DNA from: an uncultured Dehalococcoidia bacterium
GTDB taxonomy: Bacteria; Chloroflexota; Dehalococcoidia; Lucifugimonadales; UBA3495
Direction: 5' to 3'
DNA length: 61,289 bases
NCBI GenBank assembly: GCA_950072105.1
Contig: CATMOE010000014.1
Span: 1 to 61,289 of the forward strand
Part shown: positions 50,729-60,691 of the stretch, one piece after another
Numbering within the stretch: position 1 is the first letter of the stretch
Layout of the letters: each line of letters starts with the position of its first letter
The notes under the pieces: model-generated
The model's input: the letters and a program-made list of their open reading frames with translations, nothing else
The model's database searches: none
What the model was told of the DNA's origin: nothing
Made by a program: the position numbers and the translations under genes

Positions 50729-50840
50729 GACTGAGTTTCGAATGGGTTTCGTGCACACGCGGTAGCCCCCATCCTAACCTTATGCAACAAAGCCAACCCA
50801 CCGCCTAGGAAAGGCCCCGCAACCACTAAGGAGGCAAGCC

Positions 50841-51902
50841 ATGGCCAGCGTTTTTCTGGGAATCAACGACCGGACCTTCACATTTATGTTCGTTGCCGGA
50901 CGGTCCGAATTTCAGGGCACTGGGTTCCGAAATCCCATGGACATGGCGCTGGCTCCCGACGACGTGATCTACGTGGTGAACCGGTCTTATGAGTCTCGCT
51001 CCGACGGCACCCGGATCAACGTGTTCCGCCTAGGCGACGAGGGCGAGGAATATATCACCGAGTTCGGTTCTTATGGGGAAGGGAAGGGACAGTTCATCTG
51101 GCCCATCTCCATCGCCGTGGACACCGACGTCAACGTTTACGTCGCCGACGAATGGCTCAACCGCATCAACGTCTACGACCGGGACGGCGAGTTCCTCCGC
51201 GATTGGGGAATCCTCGGCTCGGGAGACGGGGAGCTAAACCGCCCTTCCGGATTAGCGATAGGCCAGGACGGCACGATGTTCGTGGTGGACAGCCTGAACC
51301 ATCGAGTACAGAGATTTACTCTTAACGGTGAGTACCTGGGTCAGTTCGGCAGCTTCGGCAGCGGTCCCGGCCAGTTGAACACTCCCTGGGGCATCGGACT
51401 GGACAAAGACGGCAACGTGTTCGTAGCCGATTGGCGCAACGACCGCATCCAGCAGTTCACCGCTCAGGGTGAGTGGCAGGCATCCTTCGGCCAACCGGGG
51501 ACCGGCGGCGACACGTCGATCGTCCAGAAGATGGGAGGGATCAAGTTATCCAACGTACCCGTCGGACAGTTCAACCGCCCCGCCGGGGTCTGTGTCGACC
51601 AGGACGGCGATATTTACGTGGCCGACTGGCTGAACAACCGGGTCCAGGTACTGACCCCGGATGGCCGCTTCATCAGCGAATTCACCGGCGACGCCGGCCT
51701 GTCCAAGTGGGGCGTGGATAAGATCAGGTCCAACCCGGACATGATCCGCCAGCGTAACGGTGTCCGCGACTTCACACCCGAGCGAGTGCTCTGGGCGCCC
51801 TGCGCGGTCAAGGTCGACCGTAAAGGCCGGGTCATCATCGCCGACACCACCCGCCACCGCTTCCAGGTTTACCAGAAGAACACCGAGCCGGTTCTGATTT
51901 AG
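50841..51902 (+). CDS. NHL-repeat beta-propeller protein
   Basis: Repeated G.G.GQ(F/L)..P.G..VD.DG..YVAD..N.R.Q units. Confidence 0.88.
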   Translation: MASVFLGINDRTFTFMFVAGRSEFQGTGFRNPMDMALAPDDVIYVVNRSYESRSDGTRINVFRLGDEGEEYITEFGSYGEGKGQFIWPISIAVDTDVNVYVADEWLNRINVYDRDGEFLRDWGILGSGDGELNRPSGLAIGQDGTMFVVDSLNHRVQRFTLNGEYLGQFGSFGSGPGQLNTPWGIGLDKDGNVFVADWRNDRIQQFTAQGEWQASFGQPGTGGDTSIVQKMGGIKLSNVPVGQFNRPAGVCVDQDGDIYVADWLNNRVQVLTPDGRFISEFTGDAGLSKWGVDKIRSNPDMIRQRNGVRDFTPERVLWAPCAVKVDRKGRVIIADTTRHRFQVYQKNTEPVLI

Positions 51903-52061
51903 CACCCGTTCCCACACCCGCCCTCTCGCTTCTGAAATAGTGGGCCTATTGACTTCCCTCAACAAAGGGTAGGGTGGATACTCGGGCGACCCCCGGCCAA
52001 TTGGTGATTCGGTGACTGCCGCCTTTACCGATGTTCAGTTGAGGGTTAGGACCTCTGATCC

Positions 52062-52757
52062 ATGAAATATGATGCCGTCATTTTTGACCTTTTTGGGACC
52101 TTGGTCGACAATACTGAGTTCCTCGATTTCTCGCGTTCAGAGTACAATCGAACGCTTTCGAATGTAGCCGCTACATTGTCAATCCCTGAGACGGATCTGC
52201 TTCGTCTGTGGTCCGAAACGGTTCACGAGCGGGACGCCGGATTATTTCCTTCGATGGAGGAATATTTTCGACACATTTGCCGCGAAATCGGTGTCGAAGC
52301 TGATCCTCGGCAAATAGCCCGTGCCGTGGAACTTAGGCTTGAATATCTACGCAGTATTCTCCTGCCGCGAGATCACACAGTTGAAACCCTCACGGAACTG
52401 AAGGCTTCTGGATACAGACTAGGACTCATAAGCGACTGCTCTTCGGAAGTCCCGCTCCTGTGGCCAGAAACTCCCTTCGCTGCATTGTTAGACGGAGCCA
52501 TTTTCTCTTGCGAAGTGAAACTTACGAAGCCTGACCCCAGCATCTACCGGATGGTGTGCGACAGCTTGGAAGTCGCGCCTGATAGATGCCTGTACGTCGG
52601 AGATGGAGGGAGTAGTGAACTGACCGGCGCAGTTGAATTCGGCATGGACCCAGTGTTGATTCGAGCACCGTACGATACGGTTAAAGGCAATCGTGAGGAT
52701 TGGAAGGGAACGAGGATATCTGAACTTAATGAAGTGCTGGAGCTAGTACTCGGCTAA
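52062..52757 (+). CDS. HAD-superfamily hydrolase
   Basis: FDLFGTL, ISD, KPDP, YVGDG motifs. Confidence 0.88.
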   Translation: MKYDAVIFDLFGTLVDNTEFLDFSRSEYNRTLSNVAATLSIPETDLLRLWSETVHERDAGLFPSMEEYFRHICREIGVEADPRQIARAVELRLEYLRSILLPRDHTVETLTELKASGYRLGLISDCSSEVPLLWPETPFAALLDGAIFSCEVKLTKPDPSIYRMVCDSLEVAPDRCLYVGDGGSSELTGAVEFGMDPVLIRAPYDTVKGNREDWKGTRISELNEVLELVLG

Positions 52758-54622
52758 CCGTCAATCTGAAGGCTAGAGACGTTGAGCGCCAGGTCAACGT
52801 TCCCAGACGTGCTTATGATCCGCCCGTGTTCCAACTCGATGCGGGCGTCGCAGATGTCCAGGGTGCTGATCCGGTGAGCGATCATCAGAGTCGTGCGGCC
52901 CACCATCAGCCGCTCCATTGCCTCCATGATCCCGGCCTCGGTGGTCATGTCTACCGAGCTGGTGGGTTCATCCAGGATGAGTATGGGCGCGTCTTTCAAG
53001 AACGCCCTGGCCAGCGCTATCCGCTGGCGCTCTCCCCCAGAAAGCATCATGCCCCGCTCTCCCACCGCCGTGTCGTACCCATCGGGCAGACCAGCGATGA
53101 ACTCGTGAACGTTGGCTGCCTGGGCCGCCTCAACTATCTGGGAGAATTCCGCTCCGGGACGCCCATAGCCGATATTCTCGGCGATGCTCGTAGAGAATAG
53201 CACCGGGTCTTGTAGGACAATGGCCATCTGGTTGCGCAGGTCCGCCAGTTTGTAGTCCCTCAGGTCCACGCCGTCCAACAGAATCTCACCGTCACTAGGG
53301 TCGTAGAACCGGGATGCAAGACTGACCAGCGTGCTCTTTCCGGCACCGGTCCTCCCCTCGATTCCGAGCCGGGTGCCTGGGGCGATACAGAAAGACACTT
53401 CCTGCAACACCGGCGTGTTTTCACCGTAAGCGAAAGTCACGCCGTTAAATCGAAGTTCTCCAGCCGCTCGCTTCAGGGAGCGGGCGCTAGGTCGGTCAGT
53501 TACGTCTGGTATCTCGTCGAGCAGTTGGAAAGCGCGTTCGGCGCTGGCCAGTGACGACTGGAGGTTGGCGACTTGCCGGCTGATGGTCCGCAGTGGATTG
53601 TAAAGCTGGGTCAGGTAGGCCAGAACCATCAGTAACTCACCCAACGACAGGACTCCTGCCTGAACATTACGTATCCCGATAAAGAGGACCGCCGTCGTGC
53701 CGATCGCCGTAGTCATGTTGACCAGCAACCCGAAGGTCCCTTCAGCTAACGACAGGCGGATGCGGGCGCGCACCCCCACTAGAGACTGGGCCACAAACCG
53801 GTCCTGCTCCCGGTCCTCCCGGCCAAACGCCTTCACCACTCGGAACGCACTCAAAACCTCCTGAACTACCTGCAGTGCCGAGCTCTCCATGCCCCGGACT
53901 TCCCGGTAGCGGGGCCGCATCCGCAGGTTGTAGGTGCGGGCGAATACGAACAGAAACGGGCAGACTACCAGCGCGACCAGGGCAAGCTGCCAGTCGAGAC
54001 GAGTGATGACAACCAGAGTAGCCACCAGCATCACCGCCGCCGACAGCAGAGAGATGATGCTGTTGACGGTGATATCCCGAATGGCCGGAGCGTCGTATTG
54101 TATCCGGTAGAGGGAGTCAGCCGTGCCTCGGGTGTCGTGGAACAAAAGAGACAGGCGCTGCACGTGGCGGAAGAGGGCCGACCGGAATTCGAGCATCATC
54201 CCTTCGCCGGCCCGCGCCCGCAATACATGGCCGCATAACTCGTGCAGTTGGCTAAACAGGACCACCATCACTTGGAGACCGGCGGCCAGGCTCAACAGTC
54301 TGATCGTAGAACCCGATAGCCAATCCGGCGTCACCGGTTCCATGAATCCCGGCAGCGGACTGGATCCCACCACGCTATCGACGGCAATCTTAAGTGGCAG
54401 GGGAGCCAGCAGCATCAAGGGGGTGGCCAGCAGGCCCAACAGGAATACCCCGGCGATGTGCGGCCAGTATGGTTTGGCCTGGCGCAAGAGGCGGGAGAAC
54501 AGCCTGGTGTCGGTGTAAGTACTTAGATTCAGAGGATCCAGTCCTTTCGATGTTCCGGATGTTCCGTCGGGTCTATTCAGTATAATGGTTGCATGCCCCG
54601 CCGCTCCAGACATTAGGCGCAT
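52754..54622 (-). CDS. ABC transporter ATP-binding/permease fusion (MsbA-like exporter)
   Basis: TM domain plus GRTGAGKS, LSGGERQR, ILDEPT; true start probably downstream of 54622. Confidence 0.9.
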   Translation of the reverse strand: MRLMSGAAGHATIILNRPDGTSGTSKGLDPLNLSTYTDTRLFSRLLRQAKPYWPHIAGVFLLGLLATPLMLLAPLPLKIAVDSVVGSSPLPGFMEPVTPDWLSGSTIRLLSLAAGLQVMVVLFSQLHELCGHVLRARAGEGMMLEFRSALFRHVQRLSLLFHDTRGTADSLYRIQYDAPAIRDITVNSIISLLSAAVMLVATLVVITRLDWQLALVALVVCPFLFVFARTYNLRMRPRYREVRGMESSALQVVQEVLSAFRVVKAFGREDREQDRFVAQSLVGVRARIRLSLAEGTFGLLVNMTTAIGTTAVLFIGIRNVQAGVLSLGELLMVLAYLTQLYNPLRTISRQVANLQSSLASAERAFQLLDEIPDVTDRPSARSLKRAAGELRFNGVTFAYGENTPVLQEVSFCIAPGTRLGIEGRTGAGKSTLVSLASRFYDPSDGEILLDGVDLRDYKLADLRNQMAIVLQDPVLFSTSIAENIGYGRPGAEFSQIVEAAQAANVHEFIAGLPDGYDTAVGERGMMLSGGERQRIALARAFLKDAPILILDEPTSSVDMTTEAGIMEAMERLMVGRTTLMIAHRISTLDICDARIELEHGRIISTSGNVDLALNVSSLQIDG

Positions 54623-54642
54623 GAGAAGGATGCAGCAAGAAA

Positions 54643-56814
54643 TTGACTACTCAAACTGAAATGAACCAAAGCTTTATCGCCAAGATCGCTGGCGAGTTAC
54701 ACCTGCTGACCACTCAAGTACGCGCGACAGTTTCGTTGATCGAGGAAGGAGCCACGGTGCCATTTATCGCCCGATACCGCAAGGAGGTCACGGGCAGCCT
54801 GGACGAAGTGGCGATCGAGTCGATTCGGGATAGGTTGGCCCAGCTCAAGGAACTGGCAAGCCGGATGGATGCCATCCTGGCTTCTCTGGAGGAGCGGGAC
54901 CTGCTCACCGAGGAGTTGAAGGACCGAGTTCAATCAGCGGAGACGCTGGCGGCATTGGAGGACATTTACCTTCCCTACCGTCCCAAACGCCGAACCAGAG
55001 CGACCATCGCCAAGGAAAAGGGCCTGGAGCCGTTGGCGAGCATTCTTTGGCAGCAAGAAGACATGGACGTGGCAGCTGAGGCAGCCTTGACCGTGGACCC
55101 GGAAAAAGGCGTCGCCAGCCCCGGCGAGGCGTTGCAGGGAGCCCGGGACATCATGGCCGAATGGGTCAGCGAAGACTCCACCGCCCGCGCTCAGATCAGG
55201 AGACTGTTTTGGACTAAGGGCGCCCTGACTTCCAAACTGTCCCAGGGCAAGGAAAGCGAAGCCGCCAAATACCGGGACTACTTCGACTGGGGAGAGCCAT
55301 TGTCCCAGGCCCCCTCCCACCGGGTTCTGGCCATGTTACGGGGCGAGAAAGAGTCCATGTTGACGCTGCATCTGTTGCCTCCTGAGGAAGAGGCGCTGAC
55401 GGAACTGGAAGCTCTGTTCGTAAAGCATTCCAACGACAGTTCCCAGCAGGTATCTCTGGCCATCCAGGACAGCTATAAGCGTCTCTTGGGGCCGTCATTG
55501 GAGACCGAAGCGCGTAACGAGGCCAAGGAGCGGGCCGACGAGGTAGCCACCCGTGTCTTCGCCGACAATCTCCGTCAACTACTGTTGGCGTCGCCCTTGG
55601 GACAGAAGAGCTTGTTGGCTATAGACCCTGGGTTGCGTACGGGTTGCAAGATAGCGGTCCTGGATTCGCTGGGCAAGTTCATCGAATCGACGACCATATA
55701 TCTGCTGGGCGAGCGTCAGGCTGCCGAAGCATCTCAGATTATCTTGGCTCTTTGTCAGCGGCATCAGCCCCAGGTCATCGCCGTGGGCAACGGGACCGGC
55801 GGCCGGGAAACGGAAACGTTTCTGCGGGGCCTGGGTTTGGGTTCAGGAATCCAGATCGTCATGGTCAGCGAAAGCGGGGCTTCGATCTACTCCGCTTCCC
55901 CTGCCGCCAGGGAAGAGTTTCCCGACATGGATATCACCGTCCGGGGAGCGGTATCTATCGGGCGGCGCTTGATGGACCCTCTGGCCGAACTGGTCAAGAT
56001 CGACCCCCGATCCATCGGCGTGGGACAGTACCAGCACGACGTCGACCAGAGTCTCCTCCAAAGCAAGCTGAACGACGTGGTTGTAAGTTGCGTGAACGGG
56101 GTGGGTGTTGAGGTCAATACGGCCAGCCGCCAGCTCTTGAGCTACGTTTCCGGATTGGGCCCCAGCCTGGCCAAGGCGATCCAAGATTACCGGGATGCCA
56201 ACGGCGGATTTAAGTCTAGGCGTGACCTCCTCAAAGTGCCCAGGCTTGGCCCCAAGGCGTTCGAGCAAGCGGCTGGATTCCTTCGCATCGGCAACGGGGA
56301 CCAGCCCCTGGACGCCAGCGCCGTCCACCCCGAAAGCTACAAGTTAGTACAGTCCATGGCCAAGACCCAAGGCTGCAGTGTCAATGACTTGATGACCGAC
56401 GAAGCCATCCGCTCACGCGTCGATCTGGATAGCTATGTCAGCGATACGGTAGGGCTTCCGACACTTAAGGATATCATGGCGGAATTGGCCCGCCCGGGAC
56501 GGGACCCACGCCAGGAGTTTGAGCCCTTCGCCTTTGACGAAAGCGTGCAGAACATTCAAGACCTGGAAACGGGTATGCGGCTGCCGGGGCTGGTAACTAA
56601 CGTTACGGCTTTCGGCGCGTTCGTGGACGTTGGAGTTCATCAAGACGGGTTGGTGCACATCAGCCAACTGGCGGACCGGTTCGTGCGCGATCCGGGCGAG
56701 ATCGTCAAAGTGAATCAGCGGGTTACAGTCACTGTCCTGGAGGTAGACATAGACCGCAAACGCATATCATTGAGCATGAAAAGCGGTCCCAAGGCCCAGC
56801 CGTCCAACGACTAG
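54643..56814 (+). CDS. tex: Tex family RNA-binding transcriptional accessory protein
   Basis: TVPFIARYRKE, DPGLRTGCK, ESGASIYS, IGVGQYQHD, C-terminal S1 domain. Confidence 0.95.
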   Translation: MTTQTEMNQSFIAKIAGELHLLTTQVRATVSLIEEGATVPFIARYRKEVTGSLDEVAIESIRDRLAQLKELASRMDAILASLEERDLLTEELKDRVQSAETLAALEDIYLPYRPKRRTRATIAKEKGLEPLASILWQQEDMDVAAEAALTVDPEKGVASPGEALQGARDIMAEWVSEDSTARAQIRRLFWTKGALTSKLSQGKESEAAKYRDYFDWGEPLSQAPSHRVLAMLRGEKESMLTLHLLPPEEEALTELEALFVKHSNDSSQQVSLAIQDSYKRLLGPSLETEARNEAKERADEVATRVFADNLRQLLLASPLGQKSLLAIDPGLRTGCKIAVLDSLGKFIESTTIYLLGERQAAEASQIILALCQRHQPQVIAVGNGTGGRETETFLRGLGLGSGIQIVMVSESGASIYSASPAAREEFPDMDITVRGAVSIGRRLMDPLAELVKIDPRSIGVGQYQHDVDQSLLQSKLNDVVVSCVNGVGVEVNTASRQLLSYVSGLGPSLAKAIQDYRDANGGFKSRRDLLKVPRLGPKAFEQAAGFLRIGNGDQPLDASAVHPESYKLVQSMAKTQGCSVNDLMTDEAIRSRVDLDSYVSDTVGLPTLKDIMAELARPGRDPRQEFEPFAFDESVQNIQDLETGMRLPGLVTNVTAFGAFVDVGVHQDGLVHISQLADRFVRDPGEIVKVNQRVTVTVLEVDIDRKRISLSMKSGPKAQPSND

Positions 56815-56884
56815 AGTGATGCAACACGATAACCTGATAGGGTACACTGTCACCGATATCAGACAGGCTTGACGAGAGAAGCAA

Positions 56885-56964
56885 CACCCCCACACTGACT
56901 CTCCCCAACGGGTGGGAGAGAACAAGTCCCTTCCCCATAAAGGGGGAAGGTTAGGATGGGGGTG
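56885..56964. repeat. REP-like composite palindrome
   Basis: Nested hairpins CTCTCCC/GGGAGAG and CCTTCCCC/GGGGAAGG; its 3' arm has a 16-bp inverted copy at 50766-50781. Confidence 0.65.
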
Positions 56965-57039
56965 AATCGGCCCTGGTCAAACCAGATCGCATACGGCGAG
57001 AACTCCTAGAACCTGATTTTTTAAGAGCGAGCGAATATA

Positions 57040-57474
57040 TTGATTTCCAGTCTTGGCACACCCCCGATCAGCGCCCAAGCAGCCCGTGAAGTGCGGCGCG
57101 ACACGGCCTTGCGCCGGGCACGGACTTGTTACGATCATCTTGCCGGTGTCGCCGGGGTAGCGTTGTTCGACGAAATGCTGAACCGAGGCTGGATGGAGCA
57201 GACCGAAAGCCAAGACTCGCCTCGTGTGTCCTACCGCCTGACACCGTTAGGGCAACAGACCCTTGCCGCTAAGGGTGTAGATCTGACACCTTCCGGTTCG
57301 AAACGCCGGTTCGCTTACGGGTGCACCGACTGGACGGAGCGCCGGTTGCACGTGGGAGGCGCACTTGGCGCCGCCGTATTGCGGGCTTTGCAGGCGAGAG
57401 ACATCGTTCGCCGAACCCCTGGGACGCGTACGGTCGCAGTCCAGGGTGGCATTGCCAAGTGGTTTGGTTCCTAG
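57040..57474 (+). CDS. C-terminal domain of an ArsR-family regulator lacking the N-terminal HTH (possible remnant)
   Basis: ARTCYDHLAG..GV and C.DWTERR.H..GALG motifs; in-frame TAA at 57022 upstream. Confidence 0.65.
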   Translation: MISSLGTPPISAQAAREVRRDTALRRARTCYDHLAGVAGVALFDEMLNRGWMEQTESQDSPRVSYRLTPLGQQTLAAKGVDLTPSGSKRRFAYGCTDWTERRLHVGGALGAAVLRALQARDIVRRTPGTRTVAVQGGIAKWFGS

Positions 57475-57570
57475 TAAAGGGTTGGGTGTTGTTTGGTGAC
57501 CTCTGGTGTCACGAGCGGAACGCCCGCAACATCTACTGATAAATTTGTTTAATTAGCCATGGGGACTGGT

Positions 57571-57640
57571 CCTTCGAAAGCCTCAGGACGAACGGTGAAG
57601 ATCGCTGCCCCCGTTTGTAGTGACCCCGATTTCATCGGGG
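57571..57640. repeat. REP-like half element plus GTAG-type hairpin
   Basis: CCTTCGAAAGCCTCAGGACGAACGG and GTAGtgaCCCCGAT-ttc-ATCGGGG. Confidence 0.5.
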
Positions 57641-57690
57641 CGAATCCCAACATTTCATGAGCGCCGGTAATTAATAAGGAGACTAAACGA

Positions 57691-58656
57691 ATGAAAGCGG
57701 TCCGTATCAACGAATTCGGTAGCCTGGATGTCCTCAAGTGGGAGGAAACTCCCCAACCCACGCCAAGGCCCCACCAAGTCCTCATCAAAGTGGAGTCGGC
57801 GGGGGTCAACTACGCCGACATCATGCGCCGGGGCGGCAACTATCCCGGCCCCGACCTGCCCTCCTCCCTAGGATTGGAAGCGGCGGGGACGGTGGTCGAA
57901 GTTGGGTCCGCGGTCGACTGGATATCCGTGGGGCAGCAGGTGATGGCTATGGGACCCGGCGGACAAGCCGAATACGTTGCCGTAAACGGGAACCTGGTTT
58001 TTCCGTATCCGGAAACTATCGACCCAGTGCATGCCGGGGGAATGCCCATCGTATTTCTAACGTCCTACCATCTGCTGAAAACCCGGGGCCAGATGCAACC
58101 CGGTGATACGGTTCTGGTGCAGGCCGGGGCCTCGGGCGTTGGCACCGTGGCGATTCAGTTGGCCAAAGCCTGGGGCGCAAAAGTCATTGCCACCGCCTCC
58201 ACTCAGGACAAGCTGGACCTGTGCAGTTCTCTGGGAGCAGACGTAACCATCAACTACACCACCCACGACTTCGAAGAAATCGTAGGTGAAGAAACCCACG
58301 GCAACGGCGTGGAATTGGTGCTGGAGTGCGTGGGAGGACCGGTCTTGGAGAAGAGCGTACGTTGCGTCGCGGCCTATGGGCGGCTATTATCCTACGGAAA
58401 TGCCTCTAACACTCCGGCGTCGATAGCTTCGGCGGACTTTACCGGAGCCAACCGAACGGTGATAGGCTTCAGCATGGGCCGCTCTCCTGTGGGAAGTTTG
58501 GATCACAAATCGGCGATGGAGGAACTGTTCCCCATGCTCGCCGATGGGAAGGCCAAACTGATCGTGGACCAGGTGTTACCCATGTCCGAGGTGGCCAAAG
58601 CCCACCAGCACCTGTCTAGCCGGGGAACCAGAGGCAAAGTTATTCTGACGCCGTAA
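57691..58656 (+). CDS. NADPH:quinone oxidoreductase (zeta-crystallin/MDR family)
   Basis: GVNYAD, GLEAAG, AGASGVG, GKVIL. Confidence 0.88.
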   Translation: MKAVRINEFGSLDVLKWEETPQPTPRPHQVLIKVESAGVNYADIMRRGGNYPGPDLPSSLGLEAAGTVVEVGSAVDWISVGQQVMAMGPGGQAEYVAVNGNLVFPYPETIDPVHAGGMPIVFLTSYHLLKTRGQMQPGDTVLVQAGASGVGTVAIQLAKAWGAKVIATASTQDKLDLCSSLGADVTINYTTHDFEEIVGEETHGNGVELVLECVGGPVLEKSVRCVAAYGRLLSYGNASNTPASIASADFTGANRTVIGFSMGRSPVGSLDHKSAMEELFPMLADGKAKLIVDQVLPMSEVAKAHQHLSSRGTRGKVILTP

Positions 58657-58685
58657 CACATCTATCTACGAACAACCAAAAAAAA

Positions 58686-58710
58686 CGTTCGTCGTGAGCT
58701 TGTCGAACCA
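58686..58710. repeat. REP-like half element
   Basis: 24/25 match to the reverse complement of 49505-49529. Confidence 0.7.
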
Positions 58711-58741
58711 CCGCTTGAGACAGATATAAAGGAGTCATAAA

Positions 58742-59959
58742 ATGGGAAAAGCATTGGAAGGCATCCGGGTAATCGACATGACCCACGACCAGGCCGGTCC
58801 CTCGTGTACCCAAATGTTGGCCTGGCTGGGCGCCGAGGTCATCAAAGTGGAGATGGCCGACGGCAAGGGTGACCGGGCCCGCTGGCTACGCCGGGTCGAC
58901 GCCGACAAAGACAGCTTTTTCTTCCTGCTGCTCAATAGCAACAAGAAAAGCACCACCCTGGACCTCAGGAACCCCAAGGCCATTGAGCTATTCAAGACCT
59001 TGGTCAAAGACGCCGATATTTTGGCCGAGAACCGTGGGCCCGGCGCCATGGACCGGCTGGGGTTGGGTTACGACGACTTGAAGGAGATCAATCCCCGGTT
59101 GATCTACGCCTCGGTAAAGGGATTCGGCTCCTTCGGCCCTTACTCAGACTACAAGTGCTTTGAACAGGTGGCCCAGGCCACCAGCGGCGCTCTCAGCGTC
59201 ACCGGGTGGGCCGACCGGCCGCCATCACCCCTCGGGGCCAACGTGGGAGACTCGGGCACCGGAATGCACACGGTCATCGGCATATTGGCGGCGCTGGTGC
59301 AGCGGGGAGTTACCGGCCATGGTCAGATGGTGGAAGTCGCCATGCAGGAAGCGGTGCTGAACTTGACCAGGGTCCGCTTCACCGGCACGCTTAGCGACGG
59401 CGCGCCCGAGCCGCGCCAAGAATTCTCCAGCAGCGCTTACACCGGTGGTCTGGGCGGTTTGGTGGCCTGCGCTCCCGGCGGCATGAACGACTACGTTTAC
59501 ATGATGATCCCCGCGGATAATCCCGGCATGTTTACCGCGGCGATGCGGGCCATGGGACGGGAAGACTTGATTGAGAATCCCCGGTATGCCAGCCCCGAGG
59601 AAAGGCAGAATAACTCCGAGGAGCTTTCCCAGATCATTCGAGACTGGACAGGCACCCGGGACAAGCGGGAGGTCATGGCGGCCTTCGCCGGCGAGGGAGT
59701 CCCCTGCGGCGCGGTATTCGACACCAGCGAAGTCATAAAACAACCCCACCTGATCGAGCGCGGCATGATCTCGGAAGTCGACCATCCCGTCCGGGGCAAG
59801 TACCCGGTCATCGGCTGCCCGGTCCGCCTTTCAGACTCCCAAGTAGAAATAAACCGGGCCCCCATGTACAGCGAGCACTCCGACGAGATATTCACCACGC
59901 TGGGAGGCCTAACCCAGGCGGAAGTGGACCAGTTAAGGCGGGAGAATGTGATCGTTTAG
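58742..59959 (+). CDS. CaiB/BaiF family III CoA-transferase (formyl-CoA transferase-like)
   Basis: QAGPSCTQMLAWLGA.VIKVE, LNSNKKS, GDSGTG. Confidence 0.9.
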   Translation: MGKALEGIRVIDMTHDQAGPSCTQMLAWLGAEVIKVEMADGKGDRARWLRRVDADKDSFFFLLLNSNKKSTTLDLRNPKAIELFKTLVKDADILAENRGPGAMDRLGLGYDDLKEINPRLIYASVKGFGSFGPYSDYKCFEQVAQATSGALSVTGWADRPPSPLGANVGDSGTGMHTVIGILAALVQRGVTGHGQMVEVAMQEAVLNLTRVRFTGTLSDGAPEPRQEFSSSAYTGGLGGLVACAPGGMNDYVYMMIPADNPGMFTAAMRAMGREDLIENPRYASPEERQNNSEELSQIIRDWTGTRDKREVMAAFAGEGVPCGAVFDTSEVIKQPHLIERGMISEVDHPVRGKYPVIGCPVRLSDSQVEINRAPMYSEHSDEIFTTLGGLTQAEVDQLRRENVIV

Positions 59960-59996
59960 GGGGTGAGGTAACGGCAAATCAGGAGATGCGGCGGGT

Positions 59997-60671
59997 TTGA
60001 CGATATTGGCAATAGTGCCCACACAGCGTGAATTCGAGGCGCTTGTCGGGGTATTTTCGGAAACGGGCGTTGAAACCCTCGAACGAACTATTGGCCGGGT
60101 ATCCGCACTGGAGTGCTACGGCGGCTCGATCCTAGTTTCGCAAGGTGGGTTAGGGAAAGCTCAGACGGCCCTGGTCACCCAACACATTATCGACCATTGG
60201 GAAGGTATAAGTTTGGTGGTTTGCGCCGGGTCGGCAGGGGCTTTGCTCGATGCCCTCGCCGTAGGAGATGTGGTAGTCGCTACCGCTACGATTGAGCATG
60301 ACTTCAAATCGTGGATCCCCGGCCGGCCTCTGCCGCTCTTCAAAGGCGACGCCAAGTCCCTTTCCTCGCTCAAAACCGCTAACCGGATCCGTCGCCACTC
60401 CTTTCAGGTAAAGTTCGGACCGATCGCTTCGGGTGATGAGACTGTCGTCAATCCTGATAAGGCGGCACAAGTCCGTGCCGCCACAGGGGCGTTCGCTGTG
60501 GCCTGGGAAGGCGCCGGTGCGGCGAGAGCTTGCGAGTTTTCCGGCGTTCCTTTCTTGGAAGTTCGGGGTATGACCGACTCGGCGAACCAGCTTCCTGAAG
60601 ATTTCGTCGCGAACACTCCTTCGGCGATGAGAAGCGTGGCGTATATCCTTGAGCAGCTTTCCAATTTCTAG
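59997..60671 (+). CDS. mtnN: 5'-methylthioadenosine/S-adenosylhomocysteine nucleosidase family protein
   Basis: GLGK, GSAGAL, GDVVVA, HD, IASGD, WEGAG, RGMTDSA. Confidence 0.8.
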   Translation: MTILAIVPTQREFEALVGVFSETGVETLERTIGRVSALECYGGSILVSQGGLGKAQTALVTQHIIDHWEGISLVVCAGSAGALLDALAVGDVVVATATIEHDFKSWIPGRPLPLFKGDAKSLSSLKTANRIRRHSFQVKFGPIASGDETVVNPDKAAQVRAATGAFAVAWEGAGAARACEFSGVPFLEVRGMTDSANQLPEDFVANTPSAMRSVAYILEQLSNF

Positions 60672-60691
60672 GTGTGAGACGACCAATTGTA

